DNA from: a virus
Strand: one strand, 5' to 3'
DNA: 64,000 bases
IMG/VR virus record: IMGVR_UViG_3300045988_122518
Shown here piece by piece: positions 31,815-44,688 of this stretch (its first letter is position 1; the number at the start of each line of letters is the position of its first letter). The notes under the pieces were generated by a model, which was given only the letters and a program-made list of their open reading frames with translations, was not told the DNA's origin and did no database searches. Made by a program: the position numbers and the translations under genes.

Positions 31815-34800
31815 TCACTTTATAATAGGCTCTTCTTCAAAATTCGCTCTATTAGATATCATTGCTTCATAAATAGTGTGTAAAGTATTTTTAATACTTT
31901 CACCATAACTAGCAACATAATAATATCTAAAACGACCTGTGTATCCATTAGCCACTGTAGGCATACCAGTTTGACGAGGAGTAAAAATATTGCCAGAGCT
32001 ATCTGCTGTAATTTGTTTAATTGGATGTTTATTAGTACCAATCTATACTTGAATAGCGCCAGTATAACCTTTAAACTAATTACCAGACATATTTAAAATT
32101 GTCTGACCAGAAAATGCATTTATATCAAAATTAAGAATACCGTCTTTGCATCCCTCTATAATTAAATTATAAGGAGAATAAGAACCCATCTTACTTTGAT
32201 AAAATGCTTGAGCTCCAAAAGTCAAACCTTCAGTAGAAGAAGAATAAGGAATTATGTTATTACGACTTAAAGGACATTGATAAAATGCTTTAGTACCAAT
32301 TTTCTTTAAACAATCACTGAATTGGAAATATTCTAATCCACTATCTAAAATAAAGGCATAATCATCTATTACAGAAATTTTATTACTATCTTTTGGAGCA
32401 AAGAATATAGCAGTAATATTAGGATTTACTTGAATACCAACTGCTGCTGAGGGGTTAACTTGGCTATATTTAATTCTTGTAATTGGCTAACCATTATAAG
32501 TTGTAGGTAAAGTAATTTTGCCTTTTAAATTCTTAGCTAAGTCAGTCATTGCAAATGATAATTCTCCATCAGAGTTTATAATATCATAATATTTATGAGT
32601 AGAATCATTAGTTAAAATATTATTATAAACACTAATGGGTTCTCCAATAGCGTAAAATTCGCGATCAGCATAGGCTAGTTGTTTAGTTAAATCAATTTTA
32701 ACTCCATCTTTATCCGCCCATCCCGTCTATCTCCAAGTCCATTCTAATGAGTCTTCGCCTTCTGGTAAATCAGATACTTCTGTATTATTAAAATAGTAAA
32801 ATTCTTCTGGAACAGTAATCCTTTCACCATAATTAAATACTTTCTTTACGGTTGAATCATCAATAACACGATCGCCATTAACAAAAGTAATTGTATAAGA
32901 TTTACGCTCAAATCTCGCTTTAAAAATATAATCTATTTTTTTATTAGATTCTTGTTCTGTGGGAAAAGATAAAGAATTCCAGTTATTTTTTAAAATAGTA
33001 TCCTTTTCATCTACATTTTTTCCAACCGTAATTATTAATTCTCCAGTATCATCTTCCCAACCTTTAAAATCATAAGTAGGCATTTTTTCTTGTAAGCTAC
33101 CAAAAGAGATATAAGTTTCACCCTTAGAGTCTGTTGGATCATCAAAGAATTTTTTACTAGTCGATAATGACAATTTCTAAGTTTTTAAAATTTCTTGAGT
33201 TAGCACTCCGTCCGCATTTTTCTGTTCAAGAACAAATTTAGCAGAATATTCTTTTTTAACATTTTTTACAAAAATAGTCAAATTAGGATAAATACTTTGC
33301 AGTTCTTCTTGAATCACATGTTCTTCTATCTCTTGAGCATTTTCAATATAAATAACACCAGTTATATTAGGATGGGTCTAGTTAATACCTTTGAAATAAA
33401 CCGGAGCTTTATTATATAAATTACGCAATAAAGTATAATCAATAATTTTATTATGAATATCATTATATCCATTTATATTATTATCATAATAATAAATTAA
33501 ATTATTCTTTATTTCACTTGGGGTAATTTTACTTATATCTTCTACATCAATTTTTTCTAATTGGAAGTGTCCATTATCTTTATAATACTCAATATTGCTA
33601 TTCAATTCTGTTTTATCATCATTTAACAGTCTATAAGGACTCCATTGGACATTAGTTAAATTAATTTCGCATCCCGTTAAATTACTCTTTTCACACCCAA
33701 GATAATAACGTCTTAATAATTCATAAGAATAATAATCTAAATTGCCACCACGAATATCAAAAGTTTTTATACTTGTTGTAATTGCAGTATCTCCAACATC
33801 TGTTAGATTCTTAATATATAATCCCTTGTTTTCTTCCGCAACCTCAAGACGATTAGTAATAGGATTAACTGTAGGATGTACATATGTAGTAACTAATTTA
33901 GTTAAAAGATTTGCTTCTATTAAACTTAAGTAATTTGTATAATCAGTTAAATATAAAGTATTTAAAGCGACCCCTTCCGCAAACTGAACTTTAGTAACAT
34001 TAGAACCGGTATTTCTAAAGTTTTCTAATTTTTCACTTTTAGTTAAATCTAAAGCTACTGGATTTAAAAATTTAATATTGCAAAGATTCATTTCTTTTAA
34101 TAGAGGCATACCTTCACTAGGATAACTCCAATTATTTACATCATTATTTTTATATTCTTTCCCTTGCTCAGAAAGACCATCATATCCTAATAGTAAATCT
34201 ACTAATTTATTAGCTTTACCTCTAATGAATAATTCTTGGAAATATAATTTACTTAAATCTCCAAGAGATTTCATTTGCTCTAGTCCGTAAATATAATATA
34301 ATTGTTCACGATAATTACCACTTGACATAATACCTTTTTTTAAGTCGGGGGCAGTAAATCTAACCGGAGTTAAACCATCATATTTCTAAGATGGGAAATT
34401 TGCTCCGTCTGTTCCAACAGTGACATAAGAACGACGTGCTGGTTCCATCTCAATCCAATATTCACCATCAAACATATGATTTTTAGTGCCAAATTCAACC
34501 CCATCTTTCCAATAAGGAGAATTTGGTATTAAATTAGTTAATCCCTAATTATTAGTTCCTTCAATCCATTCATCAGATGTGGTATTTGGATTATTAGCAG
34601 AAATACGACTTATAATATTATTACTACCACTATCTCCAGAATATTCATCTACTGTTAACCAAGAGTCAATATAATTAAGACGATTAGTTAAAAATTGAGA
34701 ACGATAAAGATTGCGGTCGCCCTATAAAGCATAAAAATACTAATCAGTTTCTACTTCATACTAACCACCATTAGTAATACGACCAAAAATAGTGTCCTTT

Positions 34801-37800
34801 GCTGCTGAATTAGTCGGAATAATATATTTATATTCTTCATCTAAATTTAAAGCAATAATAGGACGCTCTCCCTATACAGCATAACTACCCGGGAATAAAG
34901 AAGGATCTGTTTTATACCATTTATCAACAACATCACTCTTTTTAGAAGAAGTTCCAGACTCTTTCTTAAAAATTTGTTTTACTTGACTCTAATCATAAGA
35001 TCCATTTGGCTTACCCATTAATTGTTTGTATTTATCAACAATTTTGCTCTTAAAGAAAGTATAGAAATTATTCCATAATACACTATCATTAGTAGAATAA
35101 CTACCATCTTCAGTAGCATCAACATAATATTCAAATGATGGAATACCAGTATTATTAATACCTAATTGAGTATCAATATCATAAAAAATAGGATACCAAA
35201 TATAATGTTGAATTCCAGTGACTTTTTCAATATTTCCTTTTTGAGGACCCCAAGAAGCAAACATTGCATTTTTACCACGAGAGTCATAACATTCAAAAAT
35301 CTCAGTCATTAAAAAATAAGTAGCTAAATATTCAATATTAAAATAATTGCTTAACTCATTTTTAAATTTAGCTTGACGATATTCCTTACTATCTTTATGG
35401 TAAGTAATTGAGTTATAAGTTATCGGTGTAGGTAATAACCATCTATCATCAATTTGGCTCTCATCTTCAATAAAAGAATAATAAGTTGTATAAGGATTAT
35501 ATTTTTCAGAATCTAAGATATAAATTTTATTATCCTAATTCTATAAAATATAGTATTTATTTATCTAATAAACTTTATTATCATCATCAGTTAATTTAAT
35601 TATACTATAAACTTTACTGTCTTTATTATAAATATAATATTTTTCTTCTAAATTAAAATCTTCAGTGGCAATTTTATAAGTTTCGCTACCATTTTCATCA
35701 ACTTTATCAAATAGATAATATTTATTTGGCTCATACTTGGCTTCAGCTAAATCTATTTTCTCATATTGACCCATTGAAGGAATTTCATATAAAACTCCAT
35801 CAAAATCAATGCTACAATCTAAACAAGTACTCCAAACCCAACTTACGGCGTCTTCCCAATTTGACATTAATGCAAGAAGTAATTCACGAGAAGTATTTCT
35901 ATTCTTCATATCAAAGATGATAGGATTTTGTCCTGGATTAGTAATAGTCCATTGTTTATGTTTAATGCCAGTAGAATTATCAATAATGGTTTCTGATTTT
36001 AATCTATCGGGAACTGTATTATTTATTGCGTCAGTAAATTCAATTATCTTGTTCGCGTCGGTAGCCTCCGCTGAAATGCACTTAAATAATTGGTCTGTGA
36101 TTAAATCATCATTAGAGTTATATCTAACTTCAAAAGAGTCAGCAACTATTGGAGCTCCGCCAGAAGTTAAGTAACCTGTTGAATTTTTATCATCCATTAA
36201 TGGAGGTCTAAAAGATAATTTATATCTATTCCAAGGATCACGGAAAGAACAATATGTTCTTGAATTATTCTAAAATTCCCAACATTCAGCAATATCTCTT
36301 ACTTTTGGAGTTCCATTAATTTGATTCTATAAAATCTTTTTATCAGGTTTAAATCCAAAACATTCATCAGACCCTTTATCTAATAACATATTATATTTTC
36401 CAATATAAATAATATCGTTTTCACTATATTCATTGTCATTAGTTGAAGGCCAATGAAATGCTAAAACAGGATATCCTTTCATAGAAGTTCTATAATCATC
36501 AGCATTTCCATATAAATCATATTTGTCAAAAGACTCTTGATAATCTTCTATTGGATGCTTAGAATAAGTTTCATTAACTAAATTAGCAAATCCTCTATTA
36601 TAATCTCCAGAAGATTCCATAAAATCAATTTTTAAAGTAAACTTAGTAGTACCAACAGTATTATTGTCCATATAGAAAAATTTAAGATAACTCTTACTTT
36701 TTGTATTTAAATTATTATTTGTTTCTTCTTCTTTATAAATAGATTCAAAAGGTCCTCTATTCATAAACATAGCTTCTTTACATTTAGCCTTATAATTACG
36801 TCTTGGATAATTACGAGAAGAAGTTCCCTAAACCTAAAATGTTGCTTTATCAAAAAGAGTTATAAAGCTGGGGCAATGATGTAAATAATAATTCTATACC
36901 GCAGTATATTTTATTTCCTTAGTTTCTTCATCTATTACTGGTTTCCAGCCCTCTTTTTCAACTATTTTATCAAGTTCGCCCTTAGCATAAGCAATATCTA
37001 ATGGGACATTTACGAATTCCATAGTTCCTTTTTGAGCACCATTCTCTTTAGAGTATGGAAGTCTATTATCAGTGCTTTCACTATTATTTTTAGTAGTTTT
37101 TAAAATAATATATGGCATTAATGGTTTATCACTATGGTCAGTATTGTAATCAAGCATTTTACGATAAGAAAATACGTAATCATTTAAAATAGTATTATAA
37201 TCATATAAATCTTTTTGATCCCATTGATTAATATCTTTTTTATCAAAAGCATAATTCTAAACTACGTCAGGAATAGTTAAGCTAGCATCATAAACTCTAA
37301 TACTATAAATATCAATATCACAAGTATTAGACATAAATTTAATCACATCAGAATCAATTGTCCAAGCAGAATTACTAGATTTATCAGAACGACGAGCTAC
37401 ACTAGTTAAAACACCGTTTAAAAAAATTTCTAATAATTTAGAATCTCCACCAGTATGACCAGGCTTAGAACTTGTGTAAACAAATGTTAAATATAACATT
37501 TCATCTTCTACAAAATCAACTGAAACAGTCTCTTCATCACCATTAGCTGTAAATACAGCATCTTGAGGGCTAAAATAAATACCTAAAGGATTTTTTAAAG
37601 AACCGTAAGCACAAACAAGATTATTTAAATTAAAATCTTGATCTAATCCATTATAAGTTAATTCATCATAACTTGGTGCTTCTGGATGTTCTGGTAAATA
37701 TTTTTTTGTTAAGAATTCATCATAATTAACATAAATAGACTAATCTTTAAATGCATTCCAGGCGTCTCTATCAGTCCAAGATTTTCCAGAATCATCACTT

Positions 37801-39533
37801 GCTTTATAACGAGTATACTTTGTAATTACTTTAGAATAATTTTGTGGATTTCTAATTTTAAATTGAATCTCAATACTATGAGTAGGAGTAGAAGAACTAT
37901 TATCAAAAGATAATGATCCAATAGGAATAGAGACTTCAGCTCCATTACTGACTCTTAAACAAGTAGTATTATTATCATCAAAAACCCAACCATTATTATA
38001 CCAATTAAAATTTTTAAATTCCGCATATTTACCGTTAATCTCTAATGTTTCACGGCTTAATTTGCTCTCAGAATTAGAACGTCCAGTAGCAACAAAATTA
38101 ACTTTTAAGTCATTGGCTCTAGCTAACTCCATATTTCTCAATGGATCTATTTTAATTGTAAAAGTAAAATTACGAGAATAATCATATGGTTCAGTTCCTA
38201 CCTTAATTGTATAATAAGAACTATCATTAACAGAAAGATTAGTAATTTCCCAATATTGCCATATAGTCTAATCAGCAATTTCACGAGTACTTAATAAGAC
38301 ACCGTTTTTATACAAACTAACTTTCGCAATTATTACATTGGGATCATATACTCTAAAAGGAATTCTAATAGTTTCATAAGTGTAATATTCAGTTTTAAAA
38401 TCACCAGTCCAAATTAAAGGAGTTTCACTACTTTTATCTAAAATAACAATTTCTTTCTCAATAAAATCAGTACCATTTCCTTTTTCACCGCTGTTAACTA
38501 AATAAAGTTTAGCTTTAATAGTATGTTCTCCATGAAGAAAATAATTTGCTAAAGTTATTGTAGAATCATTATTATTATTTAAAATAATTGTATTCTTTGT
38601 TATAGTAACACTATCTTCATTTCTGGTATTAGTATTATCATATTCTTTATCTAAAACTAAATAATTATCAAAATAAACTTCAATAGCACTATTTACTTTA
38701 TTAGACATCAACCAAGTAACATTAATCTAACCATTATCAAAAGGTAAATTATTATTAAATTTACTTTCCTACCACTAAAGAGTTAATTCATGAGTAGTTA
38801 TAAATTGAGTTTTCTTAGTTGTAGAAAAATGATTATTAGTAGGGTCACTATTTTTACTAACAATAAACTCAATTTCATGTGTGGAAGATTTTCTTAAATG
38901 AGCAGAAATATCAATAGTAATTGGTTTATTATGTTGATAAGTTTTTGCTTCACTATAAATATCTTCCCAAGAACCATCACTCTTTTTCTATCTAATAGTT
39001 AAAGTACCTTCAACAGAATCAAGAACTGGATCTCCGTTTATTGTTCTACATTTTACAAGCGCGGTTACACTTACTGATTCACCATTAAGCACATCAGTAG
39101 GACCATCTAAAGTTAAAGAAACAGTACCATTTACTTTAATTTCTTGGTCTTGGTTTCCACCACCTGCCAATAATTTTTCACAACTTGCAACTTTTTCTTT
39201 ATCATCATTTAATTTAAATTTTTTAATACGATAAAATGCTCCATCGCTATTTAAAATTAAATCATTTATATGAGGATTAGAACTTGATAAATTAGATAAA
39301 TGAATTGAATATCCAATTGGATTCTCATCTGCATCATAATCAATTTCAACTTCTTTTTCAGTTCCGTAAATTACCTAAACTCCACTTGAACCTATCGGTA
39401 TTTTATTCTCAGTCGCTGTATCTAAATAAACTCGTCCTGTGTCTGTTGCTACATAAAAATATCCATCAGTTTGAGGATATGCCTTTATTTTTTCTTCTGG
39501 GCCCTAAACAGGACGAAAACGTATCTTAGACAT
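31815..39533 (-). CDS. giant structural ORF of about 2572 aa (tail/baseplate megaprotein) containing dozens of in-frame TAG codons
   Basis: RBS GAAAGGAG then ATG 39533. Ten tracked - strand ORFs (38988, 38268, 37740, 37257, 36894, 36327, 35565, 34989, 33378, 32727) all share frame 0. The junctions at 36198-36326, 35310-35564, 34329-34988, 33174-33377 and 31815-32726 were traced codon by codon and contain only TAG. The other junctions were read less rigorously, so an undetected TAA/TGA would split the ORF into two or three genes. Confidence 0.45.
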
Positions 39534-39551
39534 AATTTACTCCTTTCTATC

Positions 39552-39592
39552 CTAAAAAAAATATGGGGAAAGAATATTTCATCTTTCCCCAT
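39552..39592 (-). terminator. rho-independent terminator after the 39652 gene (TGGGGAAAGA / TCTTTCCCCA plus U-run on the - strand)
   Basis: 10-bp stem; on the - strand it is followed by a T8 tract. Confidence 0.5.
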
Positions 39593-39651
39593 AAAAACAT
39601 TCTTCTATATAAAATAGAAAAAATTATATTTATTATTAAATAGTATTGCCC

Positions 39652-41313
39652 TTAGAATGTTCCCCACTCTAACTCAAAATTAACTTTAGCATCATCAGTC
39701 ACAGTCGCCGCAGAAACATTAACCTTTAGGCTATTACTAGTGAAAACAAGCGGTTTGCCTTCAAGATCAGCACCAGCAACTTTAAGGTTAGGAATTAAAG
39801 TATCAGTACCATTTACCGTATAATCTGCATTAGCAATTTCTTGATGAGTATTTTTTACAGTAAAAGTTTTTTTAGTAGATTTAATTACATGCCCTTGAGC
39901 ATCAATTTCAGTTGGCTCATTAATAGTAATAGTTTGTTCATCAGCATAGGATTGAGAAACTGGAGTATTTACAGTTAAAGTATTACTATGTTTAATAGTA
40001 ACAACTTTAGAATTAGTAGGTTGACCTTTTGAATCTGTTAAAACTTTTGTTTCTAAAACAATACCACTTTCACCATTAAGAGCATAATCTAAAAGTTTTT
40101 TGGTAGAACCAAGTTTAATGATAAAACCAGCAGTACTATTATCATTGGCTCCTTCAACTTCAGTAACAGGGTCATCAGCAGAAGGAACATAGGTCCAATT
40201 AATAGTACCAGTAATAGCCCCATTAACTTCTTCACCAGAAGCGATAATTAAATCACCAGGACGTAAATAATGACCATTCCAAAGTGTATCTTCGGCTCCA
40301 GTATAAATAAAGGTATTACCTTCAGTAATTTCAGTAATATCAGAATTATCATAGGCAATAGCTCCATCTTTAACTTGGAATCCGCCACGGAATACCATAG
40401 CATTAATAGTTCTAAGTTGATTATCAATATCTTGTTTGCTATAAACAGGAAGAGTTAAAACACCATCTTTAAATTTGTAGCCACCAGTCTTGCCTTCTAA
40501 AGCAATTTCTGGATCAATATCAGCAGATAAAGTTGTACCATTACCAGCTCCTTCAACGCCAGGACCACTAATAGAAGCAGTAAAACCAGTACCAGTACCG
40601 TGATTAACTACATCAATACTATCAACAGCTTTATTTACACTTAATGTATAGTTTCCTGTAGAAGTTTCAGCAATATTAACATTACTACCAGCAATAATAT
40701 TAAAATTACCTGCATCAGTATCAGTATTTTTCAAATTAACATTTAAAGTTTTTTCATTTAAAGAAGAGCTTAATTGATAATTGATTCCTTTTAAACTCAG
40801 TTTAACAGTGTCTACACCTTTATCATCAACAGCAGGAACTGCTTCAATTTGGATATAATCGCTACCTATAATATCATAAGTCTCAGTAATAATATTACCA
40901 CTACTATCAGCAATAGTATTAGTTATAGAAACTCCATTAGGTTTTTCAGGATTACTATTTACTGATACATTACTATTTTTTTTACTAGTATCTAAAACAG
41001 TATCAGTATTAGTTTGAATCCAACCTTTACCATTATTAATACATAAGATATTTTTATCTTTTACATAATAAAATTCGCCAGCAGTATTTTGGTTAAAACT
41101 TTGAGGTAAACCTGCGGTAGTATCAACTACGTTAATACCTTGATTTACAGGAACACAATTATTTTCATCTACACCATAATAAAGACGACTTGGTTTTTTA
41201 TAATCATCAGCGGATTTATTATCATTAATTACTAAATAAAACGCACCAGGTTTATATCTACCTGCCACCTTTTCAAATTCGGCTTGAGAGCCTTTTAAAA
41301 ATTTAACGTTCAA
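39652..41313 (-). CDS. tail-fibre-like protein, 553 aa, TTG start, no in-frame TAG
   Basis: Uninterrupted tracked ORF; RBS AAAGGAG then TTG; N-terminal motif MNVKFLKGSQAEFEK ... YLV is shared with the 41909 and 29124 genes; Thr/Asn/Gly-rich beta repeats. Confidence 0.65.
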   Translation of the reverse strand: MNVKFLKGSQAEFEKVAGRYKPGAFYLVINDNKSADDYKKPSRLYYGVDENNCVPVNQGINVVDTTAGLPQSFNQNTAGEFYYVKDKNILCINNGKGWIQTNTDTVLDTSKKNSNVSVNSNPEKPNGVSITNTIADSSGNIITETYDIIGSDYIQIEAVPAVDDKGVDTVKLSLKGINYQLSSSLNEKTLNVNLKNTDTDAGNFNIIAGSNVNIAETSTGNYTLSVNKAVDSIDVVNHGTGTGFTASISGPGVEGAGNGTTLSADIDPEIALEGKTGGYKFKDGVLTLPVYSKQDIDNQLRTINAMVFRGGFQVKDGAIAYDNSDITEITEGNTFIYTGAEDTLWNGHYLRPGDLIIASGEEVNGAITGTINWTYVPSADDPVTEVEGANDNSTAGFIIKLGSTKKLLDYALNGESGIVLETKVLTDSKGQPTNSKVVTIKHSNTLTVNTPVSQSYADEQTITINEPTEIDAQGHVIKSTKKTFTVKNTHQEIANADYTVNGTDTLIPNLKVAGADLEGKPLVFTSNSLKVNVSAATVTDDAKVNFELEWGTF

Positions 41314-41327
41314 TCTTTTTCACTCCT

Positions 41328-41909
41328 TTAAATATCAGACCAAGAAACAGTTTGTTCAACTGCTTCAACACGAGTTACCAAATTATCAGGGCTCTTATCT
41401 ACTAAATATTTATTAGCTATATTAATTGTTTCAATATCTCCCTAAGTTAATGTTCCTATTGGCATATCAATCCATGTACCAGCGTCGGTAAGAATATGTT
41501 TTCCTTTAGTTTCATGTAGAGAAACAGGAACTAAACCCGGGACTGTGCCCTTAAAAACAGGAGCTAATTTAGCTAAATTTTCTTCTGTAGATAATTTTTC
41601 AACAATAGAATTAATTAAAGTCTCATTATTTTCTAAACCCTAATTAACCCATTTTTTCTATTCTCCATTATAAATTAAAACTTGATTTGTCTTAACTTCA
41701 TTAAGAACAATATCACTTAAATCGCTTAACTTACCTGCGGAACTAATTCCACCGCAAATTAGACGACTACCTAAATAAAGTTCTCCAGAAGAATCATTTT
41801 CCCCATAAATAAAATATAAAGTATCATTGTCTCTTTTCGTCCCTAAATTTTCAAAAGCGGTTTTAGAACCTCTGACAAATTTTACATATTTATTTAATGT
41901 ATTAGGCAA
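41328..41909 (-). CDS. tail-fibre N-terminal-domain paralogue (194 aa, TTG start, two in-frame TAG)
   Basis: RBS AAAGGAG then TTG 41909; MPNTLNKYVKFVRGSKTAFENLG ... DTLYF motif; the length is divisible by 3 to TAA 41328. Confidence 0.45.
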
Positions 41910-41939
41910 GATAATCGACTCCTTTCTATTATTTATAAA

Positions 41940-41990
41940 ATCTTTTTAATCAATACTAAAAGGGTTTGGCCTATTAAGACCAAACCCTTT
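41940..41990 (-). terminator. terminator hairpin (AAAGGGTTTGG / CCAAACCCTTT)
   Basis: 11-bp stem downstream (- strand) of the fibre gene ending at 41998. Confidence 0.45.
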
Positions 41991-41997
41991 ATTTAAA

Positions 41998-44618
41998 TTA
42001 AGTTGTTTCAGATGGAGTATCAGTATTATTTGAGCCATTTTTTAAAGCATCAACATCAGTTCTTAATCCAATAATTAAATTATTTAATTCAATATCTTTA
42101 TCCTATAGAACTTTGATAGTTGTATTTAACTATGTATTTTTATTCTATAATTCTACAATTAAATCAAACATCTCTGCTATTGTTTTAGCTCCATTATTTC
42201 CAGAAGTCGCATTGTATGTAAGGCCGCGGACCGCGCTTTCATTTAATTTGCCACTTGCTAAAGTATTTATATCAGCTAATGTGCCAGTATAGCCACCTAA
42301 AAGATTAGTTTTTAAAGTATTTAAACTACTCATAGTAGCAACTTTATTACTACTACTATAAGTTCCATCAAAAGTAATAGGTAAATCACTTTCTTGTAAA
42401 GCGCTTCTTAAAACAGTTATTAAACCATCTTTTTCTTCTACAGCCGTAACAAATTGTTTATCTACCTTGTTATCAGTTTTATCTAATTTATCAATAGCCT
42501 ACTTAATACTATAAGCAACAGAATTAGTAGTAGATACGGCTCCATTTAAAATATCAATTTTATCGCTTAAATTACTAATATTATCTCTATCACTATTGAT
42601 TCCTTGTCTTAAGCCATAAAGAGTTGGAACAGTATCTTTACCAAAACTATTATTAGTTTGACCCAATAAAGTATTATATTTGCTATCGCTATTATCAATC
42701 AATCTATTAATACTATCATTAAGAGTTGTATCTTTGGTAATAGTATTTAATTTATCATTAGTAATATATCCAGTTCCTAACGTTAAAGTACCTAAATAAG
42801 ATTTTTCACTACTTAAAGCTCCGGTAGTATCAATAAAACTTAAAGAAGTAAGAACATTACCCTCTTTAGTATTTTCATAAGAACCTTTTGGAATACTAAC
42901 TGAGAATGTTTCTTCTTTTACAACATGTCCAGCTCTATCTGCAAATAATTTAGGTAAAGTAATAGAAGAGCCAAAAGTACTAAAATCAACATCTTTACCA
43001 TAACTTTTTGATGCTTTACTTACGTCTAAATTATTATGGGTAATTTTAATAGCTCCACCATTTTTTTCGATATCTGCATCTATTGAAATTAGATTATCTC
43101 CCTAAATAATTGCAGATTTCATATAATTGTCATTAATATCATTATCAGTTTCAGTAGAAAAGTAAATAAGTTTATTGGTCTCTAATTTTCCTAAATTCAT
43201 TTTTTTGTTAAGAGTATTTAAAGCTCCCTTAACATTAGTTTTGTCAAAATTAGTAGTAGAATCATTACGATTTTGACCATAAAGTAAATCATAAGTTTCA
43301 CATACTGCATTACCAAGAGCAGGAAGTTTTACTACAAGTGATTTGCGGTCATAGCCATCTTCAATCGGTTCACCAACAACATTATCCTATTCTACATTAT
43401 AATAAAATTTATATCCTGACTAACTTAATTTATAATTAATACTATTTTCTGTAGTATTATCATAAGAGTGTTTTGTCTTACTAAATCCTTCTTTATTATA
43501 ATAAATATTATTATCATCTAAATCAAGTTGGAAATTAGTAGGAACTCTTAATTTATAAAGTAAATTTGTACTACTTTGATCCGCAGTTATAGCAGGTCCA
43601 AGTTCACTTTCTAAATAATAAACACGTCCTTCAGTTTTAGTATCATTATTATCTAATTTATAATGACTATCAGTTTCATCGTAATAATAATACTTACCTG
43701 GTTGATATACAATACTAGCGTTATCAACCGCAACATATGGGTCTTGAGGAAGCAATGGATAAATTGAAAAATTTGGAACAACGGTATTTAATTCAGCAAT
43801 CTAAATATAAGTTTCTTGATTATTAATATATTGTTTTATCCAAACGGTAGAATCATATCCTCGTCCATAAACGGGATAATCTATTTGATAATTTTTATTA
43901 TACTATTCATCATCAACTCTATCATTAGTAATTCTAGTAAGATATCTCCAATACGGAGACCCATCAGATTTGATATCTCCCGTATATAAATACCAATAAC
44001 TACTTTTGCTAATTTTTACCATTTTTCCTTTTTCGCATAAAATAATATGAGAATCACTTCTATCAGTAGGATCATCATACATATTCCCATTATTGTCAAG
44101 ATAGCCTATTATATACTAAGAAGCCGGAAGACCATATTCAACTAAAACATAGCGACCTAAAAACACTCCATCGCTAGCACAATTATTATCCATTTGAAGT
44201 CTATTATTATAAATTCTATCAAAAGCGAAGGTTGTTTTTGAAGTATTAGTTATATTACCATAAAAACCCATTATCAACCCTCCTCAAATAAATAATCTAT
44301 AATAAGATACGCTTCTTTATTTTGATTAATCAAATTCATAGAACTTCTATCAAATTTAATTAAATTAATAGTAGAAATACCTTCTAAATCTAATTCATAA
44401 ATACCAGTATTTCCAACAATAATAGCATTAGAGCTATCATTCAAATAAAATTTCGTTCCTGGTAAAGTCTAAATACCCAACTGAGTAATCAACACATTTT
44501 GATTATTATTTTTAAATGCGGTTCCTGTAATTAGTTTACTCATATTAACATCACTTGGATAGTTCTTAGAATTAAGACCTTCCCCATAATAACGAATTTG
44601 TCTTATCTTTCTTGCCAT
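41998..44618 (-). CDS. long tail fibre protein (about 870 aa) with an apparent -1 frameshift or single-base indel near 44222; many in-frame TAG
   Basis: RBS AAGGAGGA then ATG 44618. Frame 0 is open for 132 codons (MARKIRQIRYYGEG ... MGFYGNITNTSKTTFA). The rest, FDRIYNNRLQMDNNCASDGVFLGRYVLVEYG ... through the tracked ORFs 43420, 42499, 42145 to TAA 41998, is in the -1 frame. The junction lies at a CGCTTTGAT T-run. Confidence 0.45.
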
Positions 44619-44688
44619 TTAGTGGTCCTCCTTAATATACTCTTGATATTGCTTTGGTGGCACTAATAGACATTGAACCATTATAAGT

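Noticed and set aside
34326-34328. ATG 34328 (MSSGNYREQ...) as the start of a separate 837-aa gene
   Set aside because: The upstream frame was traced from 34989 to 34329 without any TAA/TGA, and the only RBS candidate is weak (AAAAAGGTA). It is treated as internal to the giant ORF, though an internal start cannot be excluded.
44109-44270. ATG 44270 preceded by GAGGAAGGG as an independent start of the long fibre gene
   Set aside because: That frame stays open only 17 codons before degenerating into hydrophobic nonsense. The upstream frame-0 gene from ATG 44618 reads straight through it without a stop. It is better explained as one gene with a frame break at about 44222.
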